From Candidatus Saccharimonadales bacterium (GTDB taxonomy: Bacteria; Patescibacteriota; Saccharimonadia; Saccharimonadales; JAXHNE01), in contig JBBQAZ010000001.1 of assembly GCA_038316995.1 (NCBI GenBank), forward strand, positions 1,281 to 65,280: DNA of 64,000 nt. Reading direction: 5' to 3'. Of this stretch, positions 45,351-53,518 are shown piece by piece; the stretch's first letter is position 1; each line of letters begins with the position of its first letter. Below the pieces are notes generated by a model that worked only from the letters and a program-made list of their open reading frames with translations, searched no databases and was not told where the DNA came from. The position numbers were made by a program, and so were the translations under genes.

Positions 45351-48113
45351 ATGCCACAAAATATCACCCCTGAAGGCACTGTACTACTCCTCCAGGTGCC
45401 GCGAACAAACGAAAAAAAAGAGCTTGCCGCAGAGCAAATGCTTGCTTCCTTGCACGGCTTGCTTTACAGGGGTAAAAACGGATTATTTAGCAAAAGCAAC
45501 CGCGAACACATTAGTTTTGAAATAGCGGTCAAAAACAAACGAATCGGCTTTTATGTATGGGTGCCATCATCACTTAAAAACTTTGTTATTGAACAAATAT
45601 ACGCTCAGTACCCAACCGTGCACATTTCAGAGGTAGAGGATTATGCGGACTTAAGCGTCAACACTTCCCCAACTCGTATGACAGCCGAACTTAAGCTCAC
45701 CTCCCCACAACAGCTCCCAATCAAGACTTTCCCTAGCTTTGAGGTAGATCCACTTGCAGCAATTACCGCTACGTTGGCCCAGTTTACAGAGCACGAAGAA
45801 GCTTGGATTCAGGTAATTGTACGCCCGGCCGGGGACAGTTGGCACAAAGCTAGCGAACGCTACATTGCAACCATGAAAGGTAGTGGCAGTGGCGGACTAA
45901 CAAAGGCTCTTTGGACGCCTCCAGAAGGGTCAACACAGCCAAAACTAGCCGAACACCAGACAGCTCGTATTTCTGCGGCAGAAACAAAAGCCCAAAAACT
46001 TGGTTACGATGTTTGTGTACGCATAGTTTACGCTGGGCAATCGTCCGAGGCCGAGGCAAAAATGCGTCTGCAATCAATCATTGCTAGTTATAAACAGTTT
46101 AATTCAACGTACCTAAACGGCTTTGCCTCGCGCTTCATAGACACGAAACCGGCGCATATTGAGGCTTTTTCAGAAAGAAAACTCACAAACAGCTACGTGT
46201 GTAACATCGAAGAAGTCGCCAGCTTATTCCACCTGCCGCACACCAATGTAGAAACCCCAAACATTCTTTGGGCAAACGCCGCAACAGCCGAACCACCAGC
46301 CAATCTACCGCTGGTTGAAGGCGCAATAAAAGACACAATTAGCCCTATGGCCGTAACTAACTTCCGCGGCCACAACACCCCGTTTGGAATCAACCGCAGC
46401 GACCGTAGCAGACACATGTACATCATCGGTCAAACTGGTGTTGGTAAATCCGCCTTGCTTGAAATCCTGACAATCGCAGACATCCACAGCCCATACGGTT
46501 TTGCCGTAATCGATCCGCACGGTGATTACGCAGTTAATATCCTAAAACGTATTCCACGAGAGCGCGTCAAGGACGTTATTTATTTCAACCCTGCCGATAC
46601 TGACTTCCCGATTGCCTTTAATCCTATGGAAGTTACCGACCCCAAACTAAAAACCCACACCGCATCAGAGCTGATTGGCGTATTAAAGCGCATGTTTGAG
46701 TCATGGGGACCACGTCTTGAATATATTTTGCGCTACAGCTTGCTAGCATTACTTGATTATCCAGACTCAACTATGTTGGACATTACCCGAATTTTGACGG
46801 ATAAAAAGTTCCGCGACGAAGTCCTCACCTATGTTGAAGACCCAGTTGTACGCAACTTCTGGGAAGTTGAATTTGCCAGCTGGAACGCTAAATTCCAGGC
46901 AGAAGCCGTAGCACCGGTACTCAACAAAGTTGGTGCATTTACCGCAAACCCAGTGGTCAGAAACGTTATTGGACAACCAAAAAGTAGCTTTAACATCCGC
47001 AAAATAATGGATGACCGCAAAATTTTGATAGTAAACCTTACTCGTGGATTAATTGGTGAAGACAATGCCAGCCTACTTGGAGCGCTTTTGGTAACCAAAA
47101 TACAGATGGCCGCCATGAGCCGTGCCGACATGGAACTAGAAGAGCGCGTACCGTTTTATCTCTATGTGGACGAATTCCAAAACTTTGCCACCGACAGCTT
47201 TGCAACAATTTTATCCGAAGCACGTAAATATGCACTAAATTTAACAGTTGCCAACCAGTACACCGCCCAGATGAGCCAAGAAGTTAAAGATGCAGTCTTT
47301 GGCAACGTAGGATCAATCGTCACTTTCCGCACCAGCGCCGACGATGCCCGCACAATGACCAAATACTTTGAACCGCATTTTACAGATCATGACATTGTTC
47401 ACATGCATAACCGCGACACGGCTATAAGTATGATTATCGAGGGCGAAAAAGTTCCTGCTTTTTCTGCCGCTACCCTGCCGCTGCCAGAATTTGGAGAAAA
47501 CTTTTCCAAAACAATCATTGATAACACTCGGGAGCAATTTGCAGCCAACCGCTCCGACATTGAAGCCTATATGAACGATCGCTACGGCAAGGAAATAAAA
47601 AAGCTCAGTGGCGATAAAAACTCCTTCCCAAAACTAAAGCTTGAGCCAAAAACAGAAGTTGAGAATAATACTGATAAAAACCCGGTTAAAATCAGTAAAG
47701 AATCTGAAACCACGGCTTCCACTACTCCAGAAAATAAGCATGAAAAAGAGCCTCAAACCACGCCAGCTGCCAATACCGATCCAAAAACTAGTGCAAAAGG
47801 TTTGATTAGGCTTGCAACCAAGACAGATTCAACAGATAAGATAGTGGAATCTCAGCCATCAGCTGAAAGCGCAGAAGAAAAGCCAAAGAAAAAACGCCGC
47901 AGACGACGACGCAAGTCTAAATCAGTGGAAACGCCTCAAGAAGTTTCTAATATATCAGCAGAGAAAAAACCCGAACCAAATAAGCAAAAACCTACCAAGA
48001 AGGCAGAAGCTCAATTAAAAACCCCAATTGCCTTACCAAAACCAAAAACCGACACCATGGTTGTCCCTAAAAACGGCGAACAATCCGACGAAACAATCAT
48101 TGACCTCCGCTAG
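45351..48113 (+). CDS. soluble type IV coupling protein-like (TraD/VirD4/DUF87-type) P-loop ATPase with an N-terminal ~340-aa unknown domain and a Lys/Arg-rich tail
   Basis: Walker A GQTGVGKS, then VIDPHGDY, Walker B FYLYVDEFQNF, and LTVANQYTAQM. The C-terminal ~170 aa are disordered and include KKPKKKRRRRRRKSKS. Confidence 0.8.
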   Translation: MPQNITPEGTVLLLQVPRTNEKKELAAEQMLASLHGLLYRGKNGLFSKSNREHISFEIAVKNKRIGFYVWVPSSLKNFVIEQIYAQYPTVHISEVEDYADLSVNTSPTRMTAELKLTSPQQLPIKTFPSFEVDPLAAITATLAQFTEHEEAWIQVIVRPAGDSWHKASERYIATMKGSGSGGLTKALWTPPEGSTQPKLAEHQTARISAAETKAQKLGYDVCVRIVYAGQSSEAEAKMRLQSIIASYKQFNSTYLNGFASRFIDTKPAHIEAFSERKLTNSYVCNIEEVASLFHLPHTNVETPNILWANAATAEPPANLPLVEGAIKDTISPMAVTNFRGHNTPFGINRSDRSRHMYIIGQTGVGKSALLEILTIADIHSPYGFAVIDPHGDYAVNILKRIPRERVKDVIYFNPADTDFPIAFNPMEVTDPKLKTHTASELIGVLKRMFESWGPRLEYILRYSLLALLDYPDSTMLDITRILTDKKFRDEVLTYVEDPVVRNFWEVEFASWNAKFQAEAVAPVLNKVGAFTANPVVRNVIGQPKSSFNIRKIMDDRKILIVNLTRGLIGEDNASLLGALLVTKIQMAAMSRADMELEERVPFYLYVDEFQNFATDSFATILSEARKYALNLTVANQYTAQMSQEVKDAVFGNVGSIVTFRTSADDARTMTKYFEPHFTDHDIVHMHNRDTAISMIIEGEKVPAFSAATLPLPEFGENFSKTIIDNTREQFAANRSDIEAYMNDRYGKEIKKLSGDKNSFPKLKLEPKTEVENNTDKNPVKISKESETTASTTPENKHEKEPQTTPAANTDPKTSAKGLIRLATKTDSTDKIVESQPSAESAEEKPKKKRRRRRRKSKSVETPQEVSNISAEKKPEPNKQKPTKKAEAQLKTPIALPKPKTDTMVVPKNGEQSDETIIDLR

Positions 48114-48133
48114 CGAAGGTCAATAGCCCTGAC

Positions 48134-48162
48134 AGGTTGTTACTTATATAGCAACCTATTTT
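48134..48162 (+). terminator. weak terminator hairpin after the ATPase gene
   Basis: AGGTTG-12 nt-CAACCT followed by ATTTT. Confidence 0.4.
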
Positions 48163-48264
48163 GATAATAGTTTTCTAATGAAAACTTTGTCGATGTAAGC
48201 ATTTAGTACACCAGTTAAAGACAGTCTATTTAAACTTATGCAAACCGACTAATACAGGCTGCTT

Positions 48265-48861
48265 TTAAGCGGCCTCTGTTGATTCGCCGTTTAGTTGGCG
48301 CCGAAGTTCAAACATTTCAAGCTCTGCTACAAAGTATTCTGGGTTAAAGTCTGCTTCGTGCTGTAGTCCCACAATACCTGTGACTCTGTCGGCAGTAACA
48401 ATAGGATCAACATCATCTGTATACCATCCAAATACATTATTGCTAAGAATGAAATCCCCTATCAGCTCACCCTCTTCATTAAAGTCAGATATGAATACAT
48501 AATTTGAGTCAACGCTCTCAAGATTGTCATCTATAGAGGCGAAACGCAGTTCACGTTTTGCCACAAATGACTGCTCAAGACGTTTTGGAACTAGAATAAC
48601 TCTGTCATGGATAAACTTGTACGCGTCGTTTCCATGTGAACGCATCACAAATTTTCTGGTGCGAGCGTGAATATCTCCTACTCCATTTAGAGCGGCATCA
48701 GAATCAACAGCTTCTTGTAGTTTTTCTAAAGTTGCTTGAAGCGCCACAGATAGGTTAACTGGCTCGCTATCTAATAAACTACGAAAATCTGCTTCATCGG
48801 ATTGATTAAAGCGTTCAAAGTCACCGTTAGATGGATGTGTTTCTCGAGGCATAATGTCCAT
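48265..48861 (-). CDS. hypothetical acidic protein
   Basis: 198 aa, convergent with the ATPase gene. No motif recognised. Confidence 0.55.
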   Translation of the reverse strand: MDIMPRETHPSNGDFERFNQSDEADFRSLLDSEPVNLSVALQATLEKLQEAVDSDAALNGVGDIHARTRKFVMRSHGNDAYKFIHDRVILVPKRLEQSFVAKRELRFASIDDNLESVDSNYVFISDFNEEGELIGDFILSNNVFGWYTDDVDPIVTADRVTGIVGLQHEADFNPEYFVAELEMFELRRQLNGESTEAA

Positions 48862-48967
48862 ATTCTAACATTTTGCACAACACTTAGTCAACTTAAAAAA
48901 CATTTGACACTCTTTGTCAAAAGGAGTATCTTCAAATAGTCCATAATGGCAATCAAAAGGGGTAACG

Positions 48968-49372
48968 GTGGAATCGAGCTCGAAAGAGATCGACACAGAA
49001 ACACTCATTGTTGGGAACAACGGTGAATGCGTGTCCGAGACTGGGCACACGCGCATCAAGATCTGGTGTGAGGCCGAGCCCACGCTTACCTTCACCAACT
49101 TTCTCGGCGCTGTCACTGACGGCATCGAGAATCTGGAGACAGTGCTCAAAAGCAAGCTCCCGGGAGCGCGCTACGAACTGGTCTTCCCTCCACACTTGGA
49201 GGATTTGCACCGCATGCACGGTATCGCCTCGCAGTTCATCCTTGAGGTGAACAGTCGACTTCGTGTCCAGAATGACACGATGTTGAGAAGATTTCTTTAC
49301 CCAGGCGAAGACAGCGGGATGGCCGAACCCTCCGAAGTCGGTGCATATGGCAACTACGACCGCGATCGCTGA
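48968..49372 (+). CDS. GC-rich orphan ORF
   Basis: 134 aa with a GTG start preceded by AAAAGGGG. Third-codon positions are strongly G/C-rich in this frame. Local GC reaches about 63%. Confidence 0.55.
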   Translation: MESSSKEIDTETLIVGNNGECVSETGHTRIKIWCEAEPTLTFTNFLGAVTDGIENLETVLKSKLPGARYELVFPPHLEDLHRMHGIASQFILEVNSRLRVQNDTMLRRFLYPGEDSGMAEPSEVGAYGNYDRDR

Positions 49373-49384
49373 TTAACCAGGACG

Positions 49385-49429
49385 CCCGGACGGGAGATGC
49401 ACAACTACGTTGCAACATCCCCGTCCGGG
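49385..49429 (+). terminator. long GC hairpin after the GC-rich ORF (CCCGGACGGG.GATG / CATCCCCGTCCGGG)
   Basis: 14-bp stem with one bulge and a 16-nt loop. No U-tract. Confidence 0.45.
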
Positions 49430-49526
49430 TTCTGGGCAAGGTTTAGTAACCAACAAGAATGTTGTAGGCACATTTGCCTCCATTACTTAACTAATTACTA
49501 AACCTCGCCCTTCAACCACGTAAACT

Positions 49527-49554
49527 AAAACACCCCATTCCAGGGGTGTTTTTT
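49527..49554. terminator. bidirectional rho-independent terminator
   Basis: AAAACACCCC-attcca-GGGGTGTTTT(TT). Confidence 0.75.
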
Positions 49555-49579
49555 AATGGACTTGAATTGGAGAAAATAT

Positions 49580-49849
49580 TTAGCGTTGGCCACCATCATA
49601 GGGGCCGGAAGGCTCTTCACCATTTTCTTGAGATTTCTCAATCTCTTCTTTAGATGCAAAAGTGCCATCAGGAAGCTCCTGGGTCTCAATTGGTGTCGAG
49701 CCAAGTAATTCTGCACGTTCTGCATCTATTTCTGCTTTCCACTCTTCTACTGTTGTTTGATCTTCTGCCGAAGTAGCAACCGCACCTAGCTCATCAACTA
49801 TCTTTGACGCTTCTGGCTTGTCTTCAATTGTTGGAATTATACTTTCCAT
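49580..49849 (-). CDS. small acidic hypothetical protein
   Basis: I chose the start at MESIIPTIEDK, which follows an AAGGA Shine-Dalgarno. 89 aa. Confidence 0.5.
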   Translation of the reverse strand: MESIIPTIEDKPEASKIVDELGAVATSAEDQTTVEEWKAEIDAERAELLGSTPIETQELPDGTFASKEEIEKSQENGEEPSGPYDGGQR

Positions 49850-49937
49850 TTCTTTATCCTTTTGTTTACTTTTTATTTTATTTATTAAACAATACAATAA
49901 TAGCAAATATTGTACATTTTGTCAATATTGTTTATGT

Positions 49938-50207
49938 TTATTCTTCTGTAAGAAACGCTTCTATATCTGCGTCACTCAGCTCGCGTGTTGCAGCAATGTG
50001 CGCATGAAGTGCGCTGGTGGCCATATCATACCCAATCACTTTGCCTTGCAGATAGTTAACCCGCGGGTCTTCCATAAGCTCATCAACGCCGCGATCAGCT
50101 TTTGCTTGCTCAAGCTGAACTTTTGCTTCGTTTGCCTCACGAGCAAGCTCATTATGAACATGTAGTAGCGCATCGTGTTCGTTTGGTGAGTGGTTTCTAT
50201 CTGTCAT
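49938..50207 (-). CDS. small hypothetical protein
   Basis: 89 aa. TGCTACAAT lies 9 nt upstream of the ATG. Confidence 0.5.
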   Translation of the reverse strand: MTDRNHSPNEHDALLHVHNELAREANEAKVQLEQAKADRGVDELMEDPRVNYLQGKVIGYDMATSALHAHIAATRELSDADIEAFLTEE

Positions 50208-50253
50208 TGACTTATTATTGTAGCATAAATACGCATAATGTACAACCTTATAT

Positions 50254-51540
50254 TTATTTTGTCAACACTTGCTCAATGATACGCCTTTCGTTCCACGGCA
50301 TGTCTTTTCCGCCCATGTTTCTGGCGTTTTGGTGACCAATGCCCGTGATTATCACCACGTCGTCTTTTCCCGCGGCTTTCAGTGCCGCACCAATTGCCTT
50401 TTTGCGGTCGGCTATCTCTGTAGTTTTGCTCTTTCCCCTGCCTGCTTCTATGCCTTTCATTACCGCCTTTCGGATAGCATCACCGTCTTCTGTGTAGGTT
50501 TCGTCGTCTGTTAAATAAATTCTGTCGGCGTGATTGGCTGCAACTTCTCCCATTTTTGGACGTTTGTTTTTGTCCCTGTCTCCTGTTGCTCCGAACACAA
50601 TTAATACCCTGCCCTTGTTTCCTACTGCGCCGCGACCGGCTTGTAGTACTTTCTCCAATGCATCCCCCGTCACTGCGTAATCAATCCAGATTTTAAACGC
50701 CTGCCCTACTTCCACGGATTCCATACGGCCCGGAATGGTTCCAAGCGCAGCAAGTCCTTTTGCAATGTGTTTTGGGCGAATTCTTAGTGCCAACGCGACT
50801 GTGGCTGCGGCAGAAGCATTGGCGACGTTAAACACACCGGCTTGTTGAATATGAAGCTCAATGGCTTTGTCTCCATTCATAAGCTGCCAACTCATGCCGT
50901 TATTTGTAGCTTTTATTCCTTTAATTCGCTCTGATGCATCGCCACTTTCGCCGTAACTAACCGCTTGGCCAACAGATTGGCCAAGGAAATAGTCATAGCG
51001 TTCATCGTCTGCATTTAATACGCAAAACTTTGGATCCATATATCTGTTAAAAAGACGTGCTTTGGCTTTGGCATATCTATTCATCGTTCCATGATAATCC
51101 AGGTGATCTTGGGTGAGGTTGGTCAGCACCGCAACTTCTATCGGGATACCTAATAATTTGTGCTGATCAAGTGCCTGACTGGTAACTTCTAAAATCAAAA
51201 AATCTACGTCTGCTTTTCTGGCTTTTTTAAGAAAAGACAGCAGTTTGCCGGTAAGAGGCAGCGTGCGATGCGTGTGATTCGGTTCGGATTTACCAGCTAG
51301 TTCAATCAGTGCAGTCGTGTACATAGCGGTTTTGTAGCCACTGGCTTTTAAGATTTCGTTTATGTAACAGCAAGTTGTGGTTTTACCATTTGTGCCCGTC
51401 ACTGCAATAATGCGCAGTTTTCGTGCTGGAAAGCGGTAGCGGGCTTGGAGTGCATACATGCGTCCGCGACGATATGATTCTTCTGCAATCTTTACCCCTG
51501 TTTTTGGGACTACTTTTCTGACAAGTTTCTTTGGCTCCAT
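50254..51540 (-). CDS. murE: Mur ligase (MurE-like UDP-MurNAc-tripeptide synthetase)
   Basis: P-loop VTGTNGKTTT and the Mur ligase middle and C-terminal domains. The N-terminal domain is short. Confidence 0.75.
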   Translation of the reverse strand: MEPKKLVRKVVPKTGVKIAEESYRRGRMYALQARYRFPARKLRIIAVTGTNGKTTTCCYINEILKASGYKTAMYTTALIELAGKSEPNHTHRTLPLTGKLLSFLKKARKADVDFLILEVTSQALDQHKLLGIPIEVAVLTNLTQDHLDYHGTMNRYAKAKARLFNRYMDPKFCVLNADDERYDYFLGQSVGQAVSYGESGDASERIKGIKATNNGMSWQLMNGDKAIELHIQQAGVFNVANASAAATVALALRIRPKHIAKGLAALGTIPGRMESVEVGQAFKIWIDYAVTGDALEKVLQAGRGAVGNKGRVLIVFGATGDRDKNKRPKMGEVAANHADRIYLTDDETYTEDGDAIRKAVMKGIEAGRGKSKTTEIADRKKAIGAALKAAGKDDVVIITGIGHQNARNMGGKDMPWNERRIIEQVLTK

Positions 51541-51547
51541 ACCTTAC

Positions 51548-51555
51548 AGTATACT
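51548..51555. promoter_or_regulatory. palindromic AGTATACT supplying a -10 box on both strands (murE / tsaD)
   Basis: Minus-strand TATACT lies 7 nt from murE ATG 51540. Plus-strand TATACT lies 12 nt from tsaD ATG 51568. Confidence 0.45.
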
Positions 51556-51567
51556 TGGTAACCGAAC

Positions 51568-52674
51568 ATGAAAATACTAGGAATTGAAACAAGTTGTGAC
51601 GAAACTGCTGCTGCGGTCGTAGAAAATGGGCAGAAGCTACTATCTAACGCCGTTTTATCCAGCATGGATCTGCACGCGGCTTATGGTGGCGTGGTTCCGG
51701 AAATTGCCGCCCGCAGCCACATAGAAGCCATCACCCCGGTCATCAACCAAGCACTCCTAGAAGCCTACTACAACACATTCCCAAGTTTCCGCGGTCAAAC
51801 CGTGGAATCAGAAGCACTGTGGGGGGAGATCGATGGGATTGCGGTCACTTATGGGGCGGGGCTGGGTGGTTCTCTTTTGGTTGGCGTGATGAGCGCAAGA
51901 ACCTACGCCATTACTAAAAACAAGCCACTTTACGCTATCAACCACGTTGAAGGCCATATTTATGCCAACTTTTTGACCGAGACTTCCCTTCCCGGCTATG
52001 CATTACGCCAAAAACAGCCAGAGTTCCCTATGCTGGGGCTGATAGTAAGTGGTGGACATTCGCAGATTGTCGTTTGGAAAGATCACTTTGATTATCAGTT
52101 ACTTGGGCAGACCACCGACGACGCCATTGGCGAGGCGTTTGATAAAGTCGCCAAACTGCTAGGACTCCCCTACCCTGGCGGCCCAAGCGTGGGTAAACTT
52201 GCTATGATCGGTGACGCGTTTGCCTACAAACTGCCTAAGGCTCAGCTGAAAGAAAAATACAACTACAGCTTTTCTGGTGTTAAAACAGCTGTTCTGCGCC
52301 TCGCCCAGAGTGAGATTGGTGAAGATCACCGCTTCCCATCTTTTAAGATTGCAGAAAGGCTCTCTGAAGCTCAGAAGGCCAACATTGCAGCCAGTTTCCA
52401 GCGCGTCGCCATAGAGACGGTAGTAGATAAGGTCGTCACGGCGTATGAAGAGTATCAACCAAAATCAGTAGTTATTGGCGGTGGCGTAGCGGCTAGCCCA
52501 GAACTCCGCAAGCAATTATCTGACCGACTCCCCCTGCCTATCGAATATAACGATCCAAAACTAATGACCGACAACGGCGCAATGATTGCTACATTAGGCT
52601 GTTTCCACGCAATGAACGATAAACCAACAGCTGACCCTTACTCCCTAGAAATCGCCCCAAACCTGTCTATGTAA
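51568..52674 (+). CDS. tsaD: tRNA N6-adenosine threonylcarbamoyltransferase
   Basis: N-terminal MKILGIETSCDETAAAVV. Confidence 0.95.
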   Translation: MKILGIETSCDETAAAVVENGQKLLSNAVLSSMDLHAAYGGVVPEIAARSHIEAITPVINQALLEAYYNTFPSFRGQTVESEALWGEIDGIAVTYGAGLGGSLLVGVMSARTYAITKNKPLYAINHVEGHIYANFLTETSLPGYALRQKQPEFPMLGLIVSGGHSQIVVWKDHFDYQLLGQTTDDAIGEAFDKVAKLLGLPYPGGPSVGKLAMIGDAFAYKLPKAQLKEKYNYSFSGVKTAVLRLAQSEIGEDHRFPSFKIAERLSEAQKANIAASFQRVAIETVVDKVVTAYEEYQPKSVVIGGGVAASPELRKQLSDRLPLPIEYNDPKLMTDNGAMIATLGCFHAMNDKPTADPYSLEIAPNLSM

Positions 52675-52920
52675 TTAAAAATCTTTGTAGGTTTGATCAT
52701 CACGCCTACCAACAGACAGAACCTTTATTTTTCCTTTTTCTACCGAAAAAATAATTCTTATTCTGCCTTTTCGCGCCCGATAGATATCTTTTTGCCCTTT
52801 TAGGGGTTTTATGTCTAGATGATCTATTTCGTTATTTACAATATCAAGTAGCAAGGCTTGTACATTATCTAACTCTCTATTTGAAAGTTTAGCGAGAAAC
52901 TTTTTTATCTTGTCGGCCAC
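52675..52920 (-). CDS. RelE/ParE-family type II toxin
   Basis: PLKGQKDIYRARKGRIRIIFSVEKGKIKVLSVGRRDDQTY. GTG start. Confidence 0.65.
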   Translation of the reverse strand: MADKIKKFLAKLSNRELDNVQALLLDIVNNEIDHLDIKPLKGQKDIYRARKGRIRIIFSVEKGKIKVLSVGRRDDQTYKDF

Positions 52921-53182
52921 GTTTTGTTTGCTCGGCTTTTAGTTCATCTATTGAATTAAGTACATCTTCGATAGGCACACCCTCTGGTGTAATAGTCGTA
53001 AAATCAATCACGGTATTCCAAATAGGTTCGTTCATTGGGACAATCCGAAATAAAGCCTTGGAATGACGCTTTACCACATATGACTTTCCTTTGTTAACGC
53101 CCTGAATAACACTATCTGCATTCTCGCGTAGTTCACGAAACCCGATGTCTTCAGTGTGCATGTTAGATTCGATGTATTTCAT
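52889..53182 (-). CDS. Phd/YefM-like antitoxin
   Basis: GFRELRENADSVIQGVNKGKSYVVKRHSKALFRIVP. Overlaps the toxin ORF by 32 nt. Confidence 0.55.
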   Translation of the reverse strand: MKYIESNMHTEDIGFRELRENADSVIQGVNKGKSYVVKRHSKALFRIVPMNEPIWNTVIDFTTITPEGVPIEDVLNSIDELKAEQTKRGRQDKKVSR

Positions 53183-53251
53183 GCTTAAAGTTTAACAAAT
53201 GTTTAACAAATGTCAATGATTGGTCATCATGTAAATAATGCACCCCTGTTG

Positions 53252-53260
53252 TGGTATAAT
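53252..53260 (+). promoter_or_regulatory. extended -10 TGGTATAAT, about 260 nt upstream of valS
   Basis: Read directly. Confidence 0.5.
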
Positions 53261-53264
53261 GGTT

Positions 53265-53492
53265 ATGAAAACAAAAATGTGGGAACTGCCAGAGCTAGCC
53301 ACTCCGGTTGAACATTTGGAACAAAATATCAGTTTGGCGTTTGAAGTGAGGGGTTATCCGGCAATTGACGGAAAAACCTTTGAGTTCTATTGCCAAATTT
53401 CACGTGAAAAACAAGCTATTTGCACAGACTTAACAGACATATTCTTTGTACTTTTTTGTCTATTCTATCAGGGGTGGTATGATGAAGTCTGA
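53265..53492 (+). CDS. possible small ORF within the valS upstream region (very uncertain)
   Basis: 75-codon open frame (MKTKMWELPELATPVEHLEQ...) with no Shine-Dalgarno. It starts only 4 nt after the -10 box. Confidence 0.25.
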   Translation: MKTKMWELPELATPVEHLEQNISLAFEVRGYPAIDGKTFEFYCQISREKQAICTDLTDIFFVLFCLFYQGWYDEV

Positions 53493-53518
53493 AATTTAGG
53501 TGAAAAGGGAACTACAAC

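Noticed and set aside
47600-48113. The Lys/Arg/Pro-rich 3' part of the ATPase gene as a separate gene or DNA repeat.
   Set aside because: It is continuous in frame with the ATPase domain and has no internal start context. The repetition is compositional rather than true tandem DNA repeats.
44550-49440. Integron-type gene cassettes (ORF plus attC) as an explanation for the two GC-rich segments.
   Set aside because: The hairpins have the wrong polarity for attC: GTTACCTGC...GCAGGTAAC instead of RYYYAAC...GTTRRRY. No intI or attI is present, and the cassettes are 4 kb apart in opposite orientation.
44553-49542. Inverted 8-mer TGGAATGG / CCATTCCA at the outer edges of the mosaic locus, considered as possible terminal inverted repeats.
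   Set aside because: Only 8-10 of 15 positions match. The right-hand copy is simply the loop and stem of the bidirectional terminator. The match is too short to distinguish from chance after a post hoc search.
53260-53518. A canonical T-box riboswitch upstream of valS.
   Set aside because: Only the GGGTGGTA core is present. The UGGU lies 3' of the candidate hairpin rather than in a 5' bulge. I could not build a Stem I with a GUN specifier or a terminator/sequestrator. It is kept as a low-confidence finding rather than annotated as a feature.
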